From an uncultured Patescibacteria group bacterium (GTDB lineage Bacteria; Patescibacteriota; Microgenomatia; UBA1400; PJMF01): a DNA stretch of 64,000 nt. Made by a program: the position numbers and the translations under genes. Below the pieces are notes generated by a model, which searched no databases, was not told where the DNA came from, and saw only the letters and a program-made list of their open reading frames with translations. Shown in pieces: positions 10,483 through 22,667 of this stretch (position 1 is its first letter; each line of letters opens with the position of its first letter). The stretch is taken from the NCBI GenBank assembly GCA_905478415.1, contig CAJQIG010000004.1:11523-75522 (forward strand), given 5' to 3'.

Positions 10483-12654
10483 TTATGCTGTTTTTTGCTC
10501 CGCTTTAATTTTTTCCGTAATACTTGTTGGAACAGGCTCATAGTGACTTGGAATCATCACTGATGATGCGCGTCCCTTACTCATACTTCGAAGTATTGTC
10601 ACATATCCCTGCATTTCTGCAAGTGGAGCAAGTGCCTTAATAATAACTACATTATTTCGGTTTACCGAGCCTTGGATTTGTGCTCGACGTGATCCAAGAT
10701 CACCGATAACATCTCCCATATACTCTTCTGGAGTAGTTACTTCCATCTGCATCACTGGCTCAAGCAGAACCATACCTGCTTCAGCTGTTGCATTTCTCAT
10801 AGCCAATGAACCAGCCATCTTAAAAGCAATTTCACTTGAGTCAACATCATGGTATGAACCATCATAGAGAGTAACCTTAACATCAACCATTGGGTATCCA
10901 GCTAAGAAACCACGCTCCATAGCTTCACTAATACCTTTATCTGTTGGTTTAATGAACTCTCTCGGAACAACACCGCCAGTAATAGCATTTTCAAATTCGT
11001 ATCCAGTACCACGCTCTGTTGGTTCAATACGAATATACACGTGACCATACTGTCCACGCCCACCACTTTGTTTGATGTACTTACCTTCAGCTTGGGCTTC
11101 TTTAGTAATCGTTTCACGATAGGCAACTTGAGGAGCACCGATGTTTGCATCGACCTTGAACTCACGCTTCATACGATCAATTAAAATTTCTAAATGTAAC
11201 TCACCCATACCGCCAATAATAGTTTGTCCAGTATCTGGGTTCGATTTAATACTATAGGTAGGATCTTCATCTAAAAACTTTGCAAGCGCCATACCCATTT
11301 TTTCTTGGTCTGACTTTGTCTTTGGTTCAATTGCTAACGAAATCACAGGATCAGCAAAGGTGATACCTTCAAGTATAATTGGGTTTTCTTGTTCACAAAT
11401 TGTGTCACCAGTTTTAGTAGCTTTAAGACCAACGAGTGCAACAATTTCACCAGCTCGAGCTTCCTCAATTTCTTCTCGCTCATTAGCATGCATCAAAAGA
11501 ATACGACCAACACGTTCTTTTTCTCCTCTGACCGAGTTGTAAATATAGCTACCAGCTTTAATCACACCAGAGTACACACGAGTATATGTCAACTTACCAA
11601 CATGTGGATCAGTTTGAATTTTGAAAGAAAGTGCGCTCATTTTTTCTGCTGGAACTAATTGGCGAGTTTCTTCTTCGCCAGTTTTTGGATGTTCACCAGT
11701 AATGTGATCGATGTCTACAGGAGAAGGAAGATACTCAACAACGGCATCAAGCATTGGTTGCACACCTGTATTCTTCAGTGAAGAACCGGCATACATTGGC
11801 ACCAATTTATATCCGATCACAGCTTTACGAAGAGATGCTTTCAAAACATCAATCTCAATTTCCTCACCACTGAAGAATTTTTCAAGTAAGGCATCATCAG
11901 TTTCAGCAATAGCTTCGACTAACTCAGCTCTGAGCTCTTCAGCTCGGGCAGCATATTCTTCAGGAATTTCTCGAACTTCTGGTTCTGTATCAGCAGCATT
12001 GTCTTTCCAGTAGAGAGCTTTTCTCTCAAGCAGCTGAATGACACCTCTAAAGTCATTTTCAGCTCCCATCGGGAGTACCATGACTGCAGGTTTAACACCA
12101 AATTTATCAATGACATCTTGCACTGTTGCAAAAAAGTCAGCACCCAATTTATCCATTTTATTTACAAAAACGATACGAGGCACATTATACTTATCTGCTT
12201 GTCTCCAAACAGTTTCTGACTGAGACTGTACACCTTCACTTGCGTCAAGAACAGTTACTCCTCCGTCAAGAACACGGAGAGAACGCTCCACTTCAGCAGT
12301 GAAATCAACGTGACCAGGAGTATCAATAATATTAAAGCGATATGACTCTTTTGAGAGATGCACATCAAAGTGAGGAGTCCAGAAGGTGGTTGTTGCAGCT
12401 GAAACGATGGTAATTCCACGTTCCTGTTCCTGTTCCATCCAATCCATAGTGGCAGCACCATCATGTACTTCACCAATTTTATAGGTACGTCCAGTGAAAT
12501 ATAAAATACGCTCGGTGGTGGTAGTCTTACCAGCATCAATATGCGCAATAATTCCAATGTTTCGAATTCGCTCTAGAGGGATTTTATTTCTACCCTTATT
12601 TTGATCACTTGCCATAAGTATGTTCCTATTATTTATTTTTTGCTTTAAATCCAA
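10483..12654 (-). CDS. fusA: Elongation factor G (true start probably the internal Met at ~12615, [32 protein letters not shown])
   Basis: 723 aa with [21 protein letters not shown] motifs and EF-G domain IV/V signatures. Confidence 0.97.
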   Translation of the reverse strand: MDLKQKINNRNILMASDQNKGRNKIPLERIRNIGIIAHIDAGKTTTTERILYFTGRTYKIGEVHDGAATMDWMEQEQERGITIVSAATTTFWTPHFDVHLSKESYRFNIIDTPGHVDFTAEVERSLRVLDGGVTVLDASEGVQSQSETVWRQADKYNVPRIVFVNKMDKLGADFFATVQDVIDKFGVKPAVMVLPMGAENDFRGVIQLLERKALYWKDNAADTEPEVREIPEEYAARAEELRAELVEAIAETDDALLEKFFSGEEIEIDVLKASLRKAVIGYKLVPMYAGSSLKNTGVQPMLDAVVEYLPSPVDIDHITGEHPKTGEEETRQLVPAEKMSALSFKIQTDPHVGKLTYTRVYSGVIKAGSYIYNSVRGEKERVGRILLMHANEREEIEEARAGEIVALVGLKATKTGDTICEQENPIILEGITFADPVISLAIEPKTKSDQEKMGMALAKFLDEDPTYSIKSNPDTGQTIIGGMGELHLEILIDRMKREFKVDANIGAPQVAYRETITKEAQAEGKYIKQSGGRGQYGHVYIRIEPTERGTGYEFENAITGGVVPREFIKPTDKGISEAMERGFLAGYPMVDVKVTLYDGSYHDVDSSEIAFKMAGSLAMRNATAEAGMVLLEPVMQMEVTTPEEYMGDVIGDLGSRRAQIQGSVNRNNVVIIKALAPLAEMQGYVTILRSMSKGRASSVMIPSHYEPVPTSITEKIKAEQKTA

Positions 12655-12729
12655 GAAAAGCCCGAATCGTAGGACTTTTCTTTTTTGTCTTAACAGACTA
12701 CTACTATATCAGATTTTACCTCTACAGTA

Positions 12730-13206
12730 CTACCATCTAAAGTGAGCAAAAGCCTTGTTGGCTTCGGCCATACGATGTGAGGTATTTCTACGATTAACTG
12801 CTCCACCCTGCTCACTAAGAGCATCTAACATTTCTGCAGCAAGTTTCTCACCAAAGGTGTGATACTGCTTGTTCGGTCGTTTGTTAGCTTCAAGTACCAA
12901 CCATCTGAGGGCCAATGCAAAACCACGACGTGGCTTAACTGGCATTGGAACCTGATATGCTGCACCACCAACACGGCGAGAACGAACTTCCATCTGAGGA
13001 GTAATAACTCGAAGCACTTCTTCGAAAGCTTCAACTGGTTTTTTACCAGTAGCTTCGCCAAGTTTCTCAAGAGCGATATAGACCTGCTTTTGAGCTACTG
13101 TCTTTTTTCCGTCATTCATGACGTAATTTACGAGTTTTGTAACTTTAGTCGATCCATATTTTCCATCTGGATCTGGTTTTCTAATTTGAGCTTTTTTTGT
13201 TCTCAT
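12730..13206 (-). CDS. rpsG: 30S ribosomal protein S7
   Basis: 158 aa, S7-like; str-operon position. Confidence 0.93.
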   Translation of the reverse strand: MRTKKAQIRKPDPDGKYGSTKVTKLVNYVMNDGKKTVAQKQVYIALEKLGEATGKKPVEAFEEVLRVITPQMEVRSRRVGGAAYQVPMPVKPRRGFALALRWLVLEANKRPNKQYHTFGEKLAAEMLDALSEQGGAVNRRNTSHRMAEANKAFAHFRW

Positions 13207-13263
13207 GATACTTTCTTCTCCATTCTAGCGAATGAATACTTTCATGAATATGAAATTAGAATC

Positions 13264-13677
13264 TTATGATTCTTTTTTCACACCATACTTACTTCTACTT
13301 GTTTTTCTGTTTGCAACACCAGCACAATCATACTTACCACGAACGACATGATACTTCACACCAGGTAAATCTTTGACTCTACCACCTCGAACTAACACAA
13401 CACTGTGTTCTGCTAGATTGTGACCTTCACCTTGAATATAAGCAGTTACCTCCATCTTATTAGAAAGACGAACACGAGCTACCTTACGGAGAGCCGAGTT
13501 AGGTTTCTTAGGGGTCATGGTCTTAACGACAGTACAAACACCACGCTTCTGAGGGTTAGTGGTTTTAACTTGCTTTGAGCTATTAGTGTTATAACTTCTG
13601 CGTAAAGCTGCTGCTTTCACACGTTTTTTCTTGTCGGTTCGTCCACCCTTACGGATTAACTGATTAATTGTAGGCAT
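13264..13677 (-). CDS. rpsL: 30S ribosomal protein S12
   Basis: 137 aa, [13 protein letters not shown]...; [10 protein letters not shown] motif. Confidence 0.96.
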   Translation of the reverse strand: MPTINQLIRKGGRTDKKKRVKAAALRRSYNTNSSKQVKTTNPQKRGVCTVVKTMTPKKPNSALRKVARVRLSNKMEVTAYIQGEGHNLAEHSVVLVRGGRVKDLPGVKYHVVRGKYDCAGVANRKTSRSKYGVKKES

Positions 13678-13720
13678 AGTGTTTCTGGTATCTTCTTACT
13701 TTCTATATTTTTCGTGAGCT

Positions 13721-13735
13721 GTGATTATATCATAG
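13721..13735 (-). promoter_or_regulatory. Perfect -10 element (TATAAT) upstream of rpsL; -35 weak
   Basis: Minus strand ...TTGCCCCAAGCCTATGATATAATCAC... about 45 nt upstream of the rpsL ATG. Confidence 0.35.
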
Positions 13736-13738
13736 GCT

Positions 13739-13777
13739 TGGGGCAAATAAAGTCCTGATTTGCCCCAACCTTTTTTA
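13739..13777. terminator. 11-bp hairpin between rpoC and rpsL; a perfect intrinsic terminator in plus-strand orientation (T6 tail), with an A-tract on the rpoC side
   Basis: TTGGGGCAAAT-aaagtcctg-ATTTGCCCCAA followed by CCTTTTTTAT on plus; no U-run on the minus side, so it may only partly terminate rpoC read-through or block antisense transcription. Confidence 0.45.
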
Positions 13778-13786
13778 TGTGCTTTT

Positions 13787-16700
13787 TTAGACTTCAATTT
13801 CAGCTCTTTCTTTACTGGTTGGAATCAACCGACCAATAATCACGTTTTCTTTGAGTCCCTCGAGATAGTCGACGGCTCCAGAACTTGCAGCATTGGTCAA
13901 GACATTCTTTGTGTGTTGGAATGAAGCAGCTGATAACCAAGAACTGGTAAAGAGTGATGATCGAGTAATACCTAAGAACAAGACTTTAGCAGTTGCAGGT
14001 TCACCACCAGCAGCCATAGCTTCATCGTTGAACTGAATAAACTTAGCTTTTTCAACAACTTCACCTGTTAAGAAGTCAGTATCTCCCGAAGATTCAATTT
14101 GAACTTTGTCACTCATTTTTCTAAGGATAACTTCAAAGTGTTTGTCATGAATTGGAATACCTTGTGACTCATACACCGCCTGTACTTGATCAATCAAGTA
14201 CTGTTGAGTAGTGAGTAATCCAGCAACCTGCATCAGCTCTTTAACATTGATTGAACCAGCAGTGAGTTGAGATCCTGTTCCAACTAAGTCACCATTGGCA
14301 ACTAACAGTGGAGTGTTCTCTGACACAGTATAGACAACTTCTTCTGATGGAGAACCAGTGCTTCTGACTTTGATCTCGACGGCTTCATCTTCTCTTGAGA
14401 GAGAAATTTTACCTGAAATCTCAGAGATAAGTGCTTGAGATTTTGGGTTTCTCACTTCGAGCAGTTCTTCCACACGAGGCAAACCTTGTGTCACGTCACC
14501 TCCGACGATACCACCTTTATGCTTCGTACGCATAGTTAGCTGAGTACCAGGTTCACCGATCGACTGAGCAGCAACGATTCCAACTGGAACACCAATCTCG
14601 ATCTGTTTGCGAGTTGAGAAGTCCCAACCGTAACACTTACGACACATTCCCTTTGGAGCTTCACAAGTGAGTGGTGACCTAACGGCAATCCCATCAAGCT
14701 CAGCTGCATCAATATCAGCAGCTAACTCGGCAGTAATCATTTCGCCAGCAGCAACAAGAACTTTATTGCCTTTTTTGACGTCAAGAGCTGCGAGTCTACC
14801 GGTAATACGATTTGCAAAGACATCTCCTCGTTTGTTTCTGAAGATTTCAATATACTTGTCCGTGCCACACTCGTCCATACGAGTAATCACATCATGAGAT
14901 ACGTCACAGAGTCTTCGAGTCAGATACCCAGCATCAGCAGTTTTAATAGCTGAATCAGTCAATCCTTTTCGAGAACCACGAGCTGAAGTCACATATTCGA
15001 AAATCGATAACCCTTCGCGGAAGTTAGACTTAGTCGGCATTTCCACAATGTTTCCAAGTGGATCAACAACCAGTCCACGCATAGCGGCTAGCTGCTTCAC
15101 CTGATCTTTAGAAGCACGAGTACCACCTGATTCGATGATAACCTTAACGGCATTTTTCTCGTCATATGAGTTCCATGTTTTCTCGGCAATTTCATCAGTG
15201 GTATCAATCCAAACATCAAAAGCTAGACGCTTGCGTTCTTCGCCAGCAATCATACCCTCAAAGTATTGTTCTTGAATCTGCTCCACCTTTTTATTTGCTT
15301 CTTCGATAATTTCATCCTTGTTAGTGATCATTTCACAATCAGGAACTGAAACTGAAAGACCTGAAATCGTTGCAGCTCTGAACCCAAGATCCTTGATAGC
15401 ATCGATCAGTTTGGTGATATTTTCACTGGTATCAACTTTAATAACGTCAGTAACTAAGGTCTTGATCTTCTTGGCTGAAATTGCTTCATTCATGTAGTCA
15501 TACGTTTTTGGCAGTAACTCATTGAACTCAAGTCTCCCGATAGTTGTCTCAACAACTGGACCACTTGGCAAACGAACATCAATTGGCTGTCGCAACTTAA
15601 CGATTCCAACCTGGAAAGCATGGTAAGCTTCATCTCTTGAAGAGAAAACTGCTGGAAATTTCTCAATATCTGTATCAACAACTGTATGATAGTAGACACC
15701 CATAGCCATTTCCTTATTAGGAATGGTAATTGGTTCACCATTAGCTGGCTTCAAAAGATTTTTTGTAGCCATCATCAGCTCTTCAGCTTCTCGACGTGCT
15801 TCCTTAGTCAAAGGAATATGAACAGCCATTTGGTCACCATCAAAGTCAGCATTGTAACCTGAACAAACTGCAGGGTGTAAACGAATAGCATTTCCCTCAA
15901 TTAAAGTCGGGAAAAAGGCCTGCATACCAAGCTTATGGAGCGTTGGTGCACGGTTCAAGATAACAGGATGATTGGCGGTAACCTCTTCGAGAATACCGTA
16001 GACAACTGGTTCGCGTCGATCAATTAAGTGACGAGCACTCTTAACGTTAGGAGCAATGCCCTTAGTAATTAATTCACGAAGTACATATGGCTTAAACATT
16101 TCGAGCGCCATGTCTTTTGGAAGACCACACTCGTTAAGTTTGAGTTCTGGACCAACAACGATAACTGAACGTCCGGAATAGTCAACACGTTTACCCAAAA
16201 GATTTTGACGGAAACGACCTTGCTTACCCTTCAGCATCTCTGAGAGAGATTTAAGAGGACGTCGGTTAGAACGTCGGCGAGATTGTCGGGCACCACTACT
16301 ATCGATCAAAGAATCAACAGCCTCTTGGAGCATACGCTTTTCGTTACGCAAAATGATTTCCGGAGCACCTAAATCAATCAAGTGCTTCAAACGGTTGTTA
16401 CGGTTGATAACTCTTCTGTATAAGTCGTTCAAATCGGAAGTTGCAAAGCGTCCACCCGAAAGTTGTACCATCGGACGTAGATCTGGTGGAATAACGGGAA
16501 GGATTGTTTGGAACATCCATTCTGGTCTAATATCGGCCTTACGAAGTCCCTCAGCAACTCTAAGTCTCTTAGTAGCTTTGAGCCTGCGAGCACCCTTACC
16601 TTCAGCGATCTCTTCACGCAGTCGTGCGACAATTTCATCAAGATCAATTTGTTGAACCATTTCGAGAATTGCTTCCGCACCCATGCCAACACGGAGATGA

Positions 16701-17503
16701 TCAATAGCATCATACTCATCGAGTTTGAGGTATTCATCCTCGGTCAGGATAGTTCCACGGCCAATCTTCTTAACCATAGTTTTAACTTGTTTGAAAATCT
16801 CTGCTGTCTGCTCAAGTTGCACTTCAAGCTGCTGCTTAAGACCTACAAGTTTATTCTTAGCTTTCAAATCTAACTCTGTAATTTTAAGTTGCAGTGTTTC
16901 TTTGTTGGAAACTTTCTCTTTAAGATGAGCGGTGTCAGCTACTAATGTATCCTTAACCTCTTCCATCTGCTTTTTAGCTGTGGCTTTGAGTTCATCTTGC
17001 TGTGCAATTAAATCAACATCAAGTTGTTCCATTACAGCTGTCTTTTCATCAGCTGCAACCTCAAGTACTAAGTACTTTGAAAAGTAGATAATCGAACTCA
17101 AGTTACGAGGTGAAATATCTAAAAGAAGTGATAACTTCGAAGGTGCACCCTTGAAAAACCAAATATGAGCAACAGGAGCTGCAAGTGAAATGTGTCCCAT
17201 ACGTTCACGACGTACTTTAGACTGAGTGACTTCAACACCACATTTGTCACAAATAATTCCTTTATAACGAATTCGCTTGTACTTTCCACAATAACATTCG
17301 TAGTCTTTGATCGGTCCAAAGATCTTCTCATCGAAAAGTCCATCTTTTTCTGCTTTCAAAGAACGATAGTTAATAGTTTCTGGTTTCTTAACTTCTCCAT
17401 GTGACCAAGATTTAATAGTCTCTGGTGAAGCAATTCTGATTTCTAGTGCTGAAAAGTTAGTAATATTTTTCATATGTGTTTCCTTATGCCTCGTCCTCTT
17501 CAT
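13787..17503 (-). CDS. rpoC: DNA-directed RNA polymerase beta' (start may be the second Met at 17473, which avoids overlapping rpoB)
   Basis: 1238 aa; Zn-finger CxxC...CxxC, NADFDGD catalytic motif, trigger loop; ~105-aa coiled-coil insertion at residues ~150-255 relative to E. coli beta'. Confidence 0.98.
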   Translation of the reverse strand: MKRTRHKETHMKNITNFSALEIRIASPETIKSWSHGEVKKPETINYRSLKAEKDGLFDEKIFGPIKDYECYCGKYKRIRYKGIICDKCGVEVTQSKVRRERMGHISLAAPVAHIWFFKGAPSKLSLLLDISPRNLSSIIYFSKYLVLEVAADEKTAVMEQLDVDLIAQQDELKATAKKQMEEVKDTLVADTAHLKEKVSNKETLQLKITELDLKAKNKLVGLKQQLEVQLEQTAEIFKQVKTMVKKIGRGTILTEDEYLKLDEYDAIDHLRVGMGAEAILEMVQQIDLDEIVARLREEIAEGKGARRLKATKRLRVAEGLRKADIRPEWMFQTILPVIPPDLRPMVQLSGGRFATSDLNDLYRRVINRNNRLKHLIDLGAPEIILRNEKRMLQEAVDSLIDSSGARQSRRRSNRRPLKSLSEMLKGKQGRFRQNLLGKRVDYSGRSVIVVGPELKLNECGLPKDMALEMFKPYVLRELITKGIAPNVKSARHLIDRREPVVYGILEEVTANHPVILNRAPTLHKLGMQAFFPTLIEGNAIRLHPAVCSGYNADFDGDQMAVHIPLTKEARREAEELMMATKNLLKPANGEPITIPNKEMAMGVYYHTVVDTDIEKFPAVFSSRDEAYHAFQVGIVKLRQPIDVRLPSGPVVETTIGRLEFNELLPKTYDYMNEAISAKKIKTLVTDVIKVDTSENITKLIDAIKDLGFRAATISGLSVSVPDCEMITNKDEIIEEANKKVEQIQEQYFEGMIAGEERKRLAFDVWIDTTDEIAEKTWNSYDEKNAVKVIIESGGTRASKDQVKQLAAMRGLVVDPLGNIVEMPTKSNFREGLSIFEYVTSARGSRKGLTDSAIKTADAGYLTRRLCDVSHDVITRMDECGTDKYIEIFRNKRGDVFANRITGRLAALDVKKGNKVLVAAGEMITAELAADIDAAELDGIAVRSPLTCEAPKGMCRKCYGWDFSTRKQIEIGVPVGIVAAQSIGEPGTQLTMRTKHKGGIVGGDVTQGLPRVEELLEVRNPKSQALISEISGKISLSREDEAVEIKVRSTGSPSEEVVYTVSENTPLLVANGDLVGTGSQLTAGSINVKELMQVAGLLTTQQYLIDQVQAVYESQGIPIHDKHFEVILRKMSDKVQIESSGDTDFLTGEVVEKAKFIQFNDEAMAAGGEPATAKVLFLGITRSSLFTSSWLSAASFQHTKNVLTNAASSGAVDYLEGLKENVIIGRLIPTSKERAEIEV

Positions 17504-20500
17504 CAGTACTTGCTAACTCTGGATCTTCTGAAGCATCTTCATCGTCGTCTAAAAGATCAACATCAGTGTCTTCTTCATCTTCGGAACTTTCTTCTTCTGC
17601 ATCCTCTGCTTCTGAAGTTGCTGCAAGTTCGGCAATTTCTTCTGGGGTGAGAGCTTCTGGTTCTTCGATTATCTCTTCTTCTTCAGATTCATGAGGAACT
17701 ACATCGAGTCCAAGAGAGTTGAGCTCTCGCATCAACACTCTGAAACCTTCTGGGACTGTCGGAGCTGGAATATCCAGACCCTTCACAATTGCTTCAAAGG
17801 CCTTAGCTCTTCCCATAACGTCATCAGATTTAATCGTCAACATTTCTTGCAAGACATGCGCAGCTCTGTGTGCTTCAAGCGCCCAGACTTCCATTTCTCC
17901 CAAACGCTGTCCACCCATTTGAGCTTTTCCACCCAATGGCTGTTGTGTCACGAGAGAGTATGGACCAGTTGAACGAGCATGCATCTTATCTTCAACCATG
18001 TGTGAAAGTTTTAAGATGTAACTGATACCAACTGCGGTCTCTTCACTGAATTTTTCTCCGGTACGACCATCGTAGAGCTGTGCTTTACCATTAACTGGTA
18101 AACCAGCACGTCCGAGTTCATCCCAAATTTGCTGTTCGTCGAATGTTTCGAAAGCAGGAACGGCAATATTATATCCAAGTTTCTGAGCAGCCCATCCAGC
18201 ATGTGCTTCCAAAAGCTGTCCAAGGTTCATACGAGCCAAGACAGAAAGTGGAGAAATAATGATATCAACTGGAGATCCATCCTCTAAGTGAGGCATATCA
18301 GCAGCAGGAACAATTTTAGAAATAACACCTTTGTTACCATGACGTCCGGCCAACTTATCACCAACGGTGATTTTTCTCAGCTGTGCAACTTTGACAGTCA
18401 CCTCTTTTAAGGTTCCTGGATCAAGTTCGTCACCTAAATCGCTATCAAGAACTTGCACATCAATGACAATTCCTTGTTCACCGTGAGGCAAACGAGTTGA
18501 AGTGTCACGAACTTCTCGAGATTTTTCACCAAAGATTGCTCTCAGGAGTCTTTCTTCTGGAGTTAGTTCAGTCTCTCCCTTAGGAGCGATCTTACCAACC
18601 AAGATATCACCTGCACTGACCACGCTACCAACTCGGATAATTCCGTCTGGAGTTAAGTTAGAAAGGTACATTTCAGAAACATTAGGAATATCGTTTGTCA
18701 GCTCTTCTGGACCAAGTTTTGTATCCATAACTTTAGCTTTATGCTCATTAATCTGGATTGAAGATAAAACATCTTGCTTAACCAAGCGATCAGAAATCAC
18801 GATAGCATCTTCGTATCCCAAACCATCAAATGACGCGTACGCAATCAAAAGGTTTGAACCAAGAGCCAATTCTCCATGATCTGAGGCAGGTCCATCAATA
18901 ATGACATCACCGGCTTTAATCTTATCTCCAATTGCGACAATTGGTGACTGAGAGTAACAAGTACTTTGAGAAGTTCTCACAAATTTGTTTATAAAATAAG
19001 TTTCAGTTGAACCTTCAATGATAGAGACATCGTCATCAACAACAACATCCTTCAGCTTGGCAACTTCTTTTTTGTCTAAGGTAATAACAACTTTGTCGCC
19101 ATCAACATAAGAAACTACACCAGTTCTTCTGGCTGCAACCGTTCTACCCATTGAGAGAGCAACCGATTGTTCCATTCCCGTTCCAACAGTAGGAGCTTGA
19201 GGAGTAATAAGAGGAACCGCCTGACACTGCATATGCGTACCCATCAAAGCACGGTTCGCTTCATCATGAGCAATAAAAGGAATAAGTGAGGCTGAAGTTC
19301 CAATCACCTGTCGAGGAACGACATCGATGTACTGCACGTCTTCTGCATTACCTTCAATAAAGGTGTTCATGTGACGCATTGGAATCCATTCGTCTTCAAT
19401 AACACCATTACTATCAATATCGATACTGGCATGAGTAATCTTGTAGTCTTCTTCTTCGTCAGCACTCAGATAAATAACTTCGTTTTGAACAACCATCTTA
19501 CCCTTAACGTTCTTCACAGGACGGTATGGAGCCTCTAAAAAGCCAAAGTGATTTACTTTTGCATAGAGTGAAAGGTAGGTTACCAAACCAATGTTTGGAC
19601 CTTCTGGAGAACGAACAGGGTCAATTCTCGAGTACTGTGAAGCGTTAATATCACGCATTGAGAATGAAGCACGCTCACGAGTCACACCACCAGTACCCAT
19701 CACTGATAAACGTCGAAGGTTATCAATTTCTGAGAGTGGATTTGTTTGATCTAAAATTGTTGAAAGCCGGTTTCGTCTAAAAAATTCTGAAATAGTAGCA
19801 ATTAACGGACGTGCATTCACTAATGCAGCTGGACTCAAAACTTCATCAGTTTTAGTGAGCGACATTTTTTCACGGATTGATCGTTCTAAACGAATAAGAC
19901 CAATGCGGAACGCTGAATCCTGTACTAACTCGCCAATCTGGCGAACCCGTCGGTTACTCAAGTGGTCAATGTCATCTGTTTTACCAATACCATTCTGAAG
20001 TTTAATTAAGTAGAGAACAGTGTTGAGAATATCTTCTTTTGTAAGGATGGTTGTGTCACCATCAACATTTAAGCCGAGACGTCTGTTAAGTTTGTAACGA
20101 CCAACTCGGTCTAAGTTATAGCGTCGAGTATCAAAAAAGAGTTGCTTTAAGTATTCTTGAGCATTATCAAGAACGGCTGGCTCACCAGGACGCATCTTTT
20201 CATAAATTTCAATTAAGGCTTCTTCCTTAGTCTTAGTAGGGTCTTTTTTAATAGTATTTTCAACTAAATCAAATTCATCAACTTCGATAGCAGGTGCTAG
20301 GGCTTCCTTAAGTTCTTCATCGGTACTGTAGCCGATTGCTCTGAGAAGTACTGTGACTGGCATCTTACGACGACGATCAATCTTAACAGTAATAACATCT
20401 CGCTTGCCGACAGTGACTTCAATCCAAGAACCACGTTTTGGACGAAGTTCGGCAGTATAGAGTCTCTTACCAGTAGCAGAATCTGTTTCTCCAGAAAAAG

Positions 20501-20921
20501 AAGCTCCAGGAGCTCGAACTAACTGAGTTACCACTGCACGCTCAATACCATTCACAACAAAAGTACCAATTTGAGTCATTTTAGGCAAATCTCCGAGAAA
20601 AACTTCTTGTTTTTGCTCTTCACCTGTCTTCTTATTAACTAAAGTAGCCTCTACATAGAGAGGCATATCGTACGTAACTCCTTTAGTCTTTGCTTGTTCG
20701 ATTGTGTACTTTGACTTACCAAATCGATACTCACCAAATGAAAGCCTCCAGTTTTTACCAGTATAATCTTCAATTCCATGTTCACCATTAACCTCTAAAA
20801 GAGATCGGGTGATACCATTTTGTAGAAAATCTTCATAACTGTCCAACTGTAACTTAACGAGATTGAGCTCGGGGAGCACCTTATTATCAAATCCCCAATT
20901 CTGGCGAGTAACTTTAGGCAT
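17484..20921 (-). CDS. rpoB: DNA-directed RNA polymerase beta with ~70-aa poly-acidic C-terminal tail
   Basis: 1145 aa; conserved rpoB blocks including the rifampicin cluster region; C-terminus [68 protein letters not shown]. Confidence 0.98.
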   Translation of the reverse strand: MPKVTRQNWGFDNKVLPELNLVKLQLDSYEDFLQNGITRSLLEVNGEHGIEDYTGKNWRLSFGEYRFGKSKYTIEQAKTKGVTYDMPLYVEATLVNKKTGEEQKQEVFLGDLPKMTQIGTFVVNGIERAVVTQLVRAPGASFSGETDSATGKRLYTAELRPKRGSWIEVTVGKRDVITVKIDRRRKMPVTVLLRAIGYSTDEELKEALAPAIEVDEFDLVENTIKKDPTKTKEEALIEIYEKMRPGEPAVLDNAQEYLKQLFFDTRRYNLDRVGRYKLNRRLGLNVDGDTTILTKEDILNTVLYLIKLQNGIGKTDDIDHLSNRRVRQIGELVQDSAFRIGLIRLERSIREKMSLTKTDEVLSPAALVNARPLIATISEFFRRNRLSTILDQTNPLSEIDNLRRLSVMGTGGVTRERASFSMRDINASQYSRIDPVRSPEGPNIGLVTYLSLYAKVNHFGFLEAPYRPVKNVKGKMVVQNEVIYLSADEEEDYKITHASIDIDSNGVIEDEWIPMRHMNTFIEGNAEDVQYIDVVPRQVIGTSASLIPFIAHDEANRALMGTHMQCQAVPLITPQAPTVGTGMEQSVALSMGRTVAARRTGVVSYVDGDKVVITLDKKEVAKLKDVVVDDDVSIIEGSTETYFINKFVRTSQSTCYSQSPIVAIGDKIKAGDVIIDGPASDHGELALGSNLLIAYASFDGLGYEDAIVISDRLVKQDVLSSIQINEHKAKVMDTKLGPEELTNDIPNVSEMYLSNLTPDGIIRVGSVVSAGDILVGKIAPKGETELTPEERLLRAIFGEKSREVRDTSTRLPHGEQGIVIDVQVLDSDLGDELDPGTLKEVTVKVAQLRKITVGDKLAGRHGNKGVISKIVPAADMPHLEDGSPVDIIISPLSVLARMNLGQLLEAHAGWAAQKLGYNIAVPAFETFDEQQIWDELGRAGLPVNGKAQLYDGRTGEKFSEETAVGISYILKLSHMVEDKMHARSTGPYSLVTQQPLGGKAQMGGQRLGEMEVWALEAHRAAHVLQEMLTIKSDDVMGRAKAFEAIVKGLDIPAPTVPEGFRVLMRELNSLGLDVVPHESEEEEIIEEPEALTPEEIAELAATSEAEDAEEESSEDEEDTDVDLLDDDEDASEDPELASTDEEDEA

Positions 20922-21061
20922 AGGTCGTCCTTCTCTAAACTATATTTGTTTGTTTTTGATACTTACTGATTCAGTTGTACGCTACTTGTGTACAAAAGCG
21001 AGAAAAATAGAGTGAGGCAAAGAAGGGTGACACGCCTGGAAAATATCCAAATAGTGTGCCA

Positions 21062-21096
21062 CGAAAAAGACAGAGAGACACTTGAGTGTGCTCTCT
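21062..21096 (-). terminator. Rho-independent terminator/attenuator in the mltG-rpoB intergenic region
   Basis: Minus strand: AAGAGAGCACAC-ucaa-GUGUCUCUCU with one bulge, followed by GUCUUUUUCG. Confidence 0.5.
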
Positions 21097-21180
21097 TTTA
21101 ACTTTTTATAACCGAAGTTTCTATGTTGCTTACGGTCAAGAAAAACCCTCGCTCTATATTTTTGTACAACTGAAGAACTG

Positions 21181-21209
21181 ATTATAGCAACAAAAAACCA
21201 CTAACGCAA
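21181..21209 (-). promoter_or_regulatory. Putative promoter with extended -10 (TGcTATAAT) and -35 TTGCGT overlapping the mltG stop codon
   Basis: Minus strand ACTTGCGTtagtggttttttgttgcTATAATcag; would start a ~110-nt transcript ending at the terminator at 21062-21096. Confidence 0.45.
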
Positions 21210-22175
21210 GTATTTGTTTACGTTTTGGTTGTGCTCCTCTATAGTTGTAGCATAATACATGCTACCTGTCACGGGGTCATGAATATAAAACAGGTCATCT
21301 ACCTCAAGAGGATCAGCAGTTGCTCTCAGGGCATCGAGCCCCGGGTTACTGATCGGCCCAGGCGGCAGGCCAGGATTTTGATAGGTATTATAGGCAGAAA
21401 CTAGCTGCTTATCTGCTGAAAGGGGCGTTGGCCACCACTCACTTGGAGTTCCCTTTATATATTGCAACGTAGCATCAACTTGCAAAGCCATCCCAATATC
21501 GATTCTGTTCCAAAGGATACCGGCAACGTGACGCATTTGTTCTGGATCACGAGCTTCTCGCTGCACAATTGAAGCCATAACCAAAATATCCTCAAAATCT
21601 CGATCTGTAGCGGCCAGTTCATCGCTCAGCTTCGAAGTCATACGGGCTTCAAACGTATTCACTAACAAGAGCACTAGTGACTCTGCAGTCATTTCTCGAG
21701 GAATTAAGTAAGTATCTGGATAGAGTGTACCGTCATAGGCAGCCGCAGAATCTATGAATTCTTGAGCATCAAAGGCCGTCAGCTCCTCTTTTTTAGTAAG
21801 ATATGCTGCCATTTCTTCAGCTCGCCAACCCTCGAGCAAGGTAATCCACACATCCTCTGTACCTTGAGTCAGCGCTTGGGCAATCTCAACTGTACTCATG
21901 TTGGGAGAGAGTGAAAAAGAGCCTGCCTGAATTTTGGTACCCAAATCTTGTTGCACCACAACAGCCCTAAAAATAAGTGGATTTTTAATAAGTCCTGCTT
22001 CCGTCAAACGTTCTCCAATAGTGATAACGGCTTGGCCTTTTGGAATGATAAATGTTTGCGCCTGCCTTTCACCAGAAGAAACTGGTAAAAAGAGTGTGCG
22101 AATCCAAATAAAAGCCCCCAACAAGATAAACAAAAACCCAATGACTAGAGAAAAAATAACGTACTTTCTGTTCAT
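21201..22175 (-). CDS. mltG: Endolytic murein transglycosylase MltG (YceG family)
   Basis: 324 aa; N-terminal TM helix then YceG-like domain (…QVDATLQYI…YNTYQNPGLPPGPISNPG…). Confidence 0.85.
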   Translation of the reverse strand: MNRKYVIFSLVIGFLFILLGAFIWIRTLFLPVSSGERQAQTFIIPKGQAVITIGERLTEAGLIKNPLIFRAVVVQQDLGTKIQAGSFSLSPNMSTVEIAQALTQGTEDVWITLLEGWRAEEMAAYLTKKEELTAFDAQEFIDSAAAYDGTLYPDTYLIPREMTAESLVLLLVNTFEARMTSKLSDELAATDRDFEDILVMASIVQREARDPEQMRHVAGILWNRIDIGMALQVDATLQYIKGTPSEWWPTPLSADKQLVSAYNTYQNPGLPPGPISNPGLDALRATADPLEVDDLFYIHDPVTGSMYYATTIEEHNQNVNKYLR

Positions 22176-22642
22176 ATGGTATCACTAGCAACTTTACTTT
22201 GTTTTTTTTCTTGATTAATAAGTGCTTGCAAAAGATGTTCGGCAGAAGATAAATCATCAAATTTTTTCTGTTCTGCAGTCCTTTCTACAAAACCTTGCTG
22301 TCTGAAAGCATCTAGACTTGCAAGAATCTGCTTTCTCTCGTCAAGAAAGTATTGTATCTGTTCAGCAACAGGTCTTTGCTTCGATACACCACTATCACCA
22401 AGTTCACTTTCAAGTACAGCTAAGCGAGCTGCACCTTCTAAACCATCAAGTCCACCCTCGTCAAATAATCGCTCGTAAATTTTACTAATAGAGAGTTGAG
22501 ATTCAAACTGTTTTTGTTCATCAGATTCTGATGAAGGTTCCATACCTTCTGCTCTGAGTGACTCTAGTTCTTTCTGAATCTGGGCAAGTTGCGCTTCAGA
22601 CTGTGCCTGTAATGTCTGTTCAGTTGGACTGAATTCTTTCAT
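22172..22642 (-). CDS. Hypothetical acidic coiled-coil protein
   Basis: 156 aa, E/Q/L-rich heptad-like sequence; no recognised motif; overlaps mltG start by 4 nt. Confidence 0.45.
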   Translation of the reverse strand: MKEFSPTEQTLQAQSEAQLAQIQKELESLRAEGMEPSSESDEQKQFESQLSISKIYERLFDEGGLDGLEGAARLAVLESELGDSGVSKQRPVAEQIQYFLDERKQILASLDAFRQQGFVERTAEQKKFDDLSSAEHLLQALINQEKKQSKVASDTI

Positions 22643-22667
22643 TTTTCTCTTTCACGTAACAAATTAC

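Noticed and set aside
17476-17694. Plus-strand 72-aa Ser-rich ORF
   Set aside because: It is antisense to the rpoB codons for the poly-acidic tail. GAA/GAT-rich sense codons give TTC/ATC-rich antisense, which is an artefact of low-complexity sequence.
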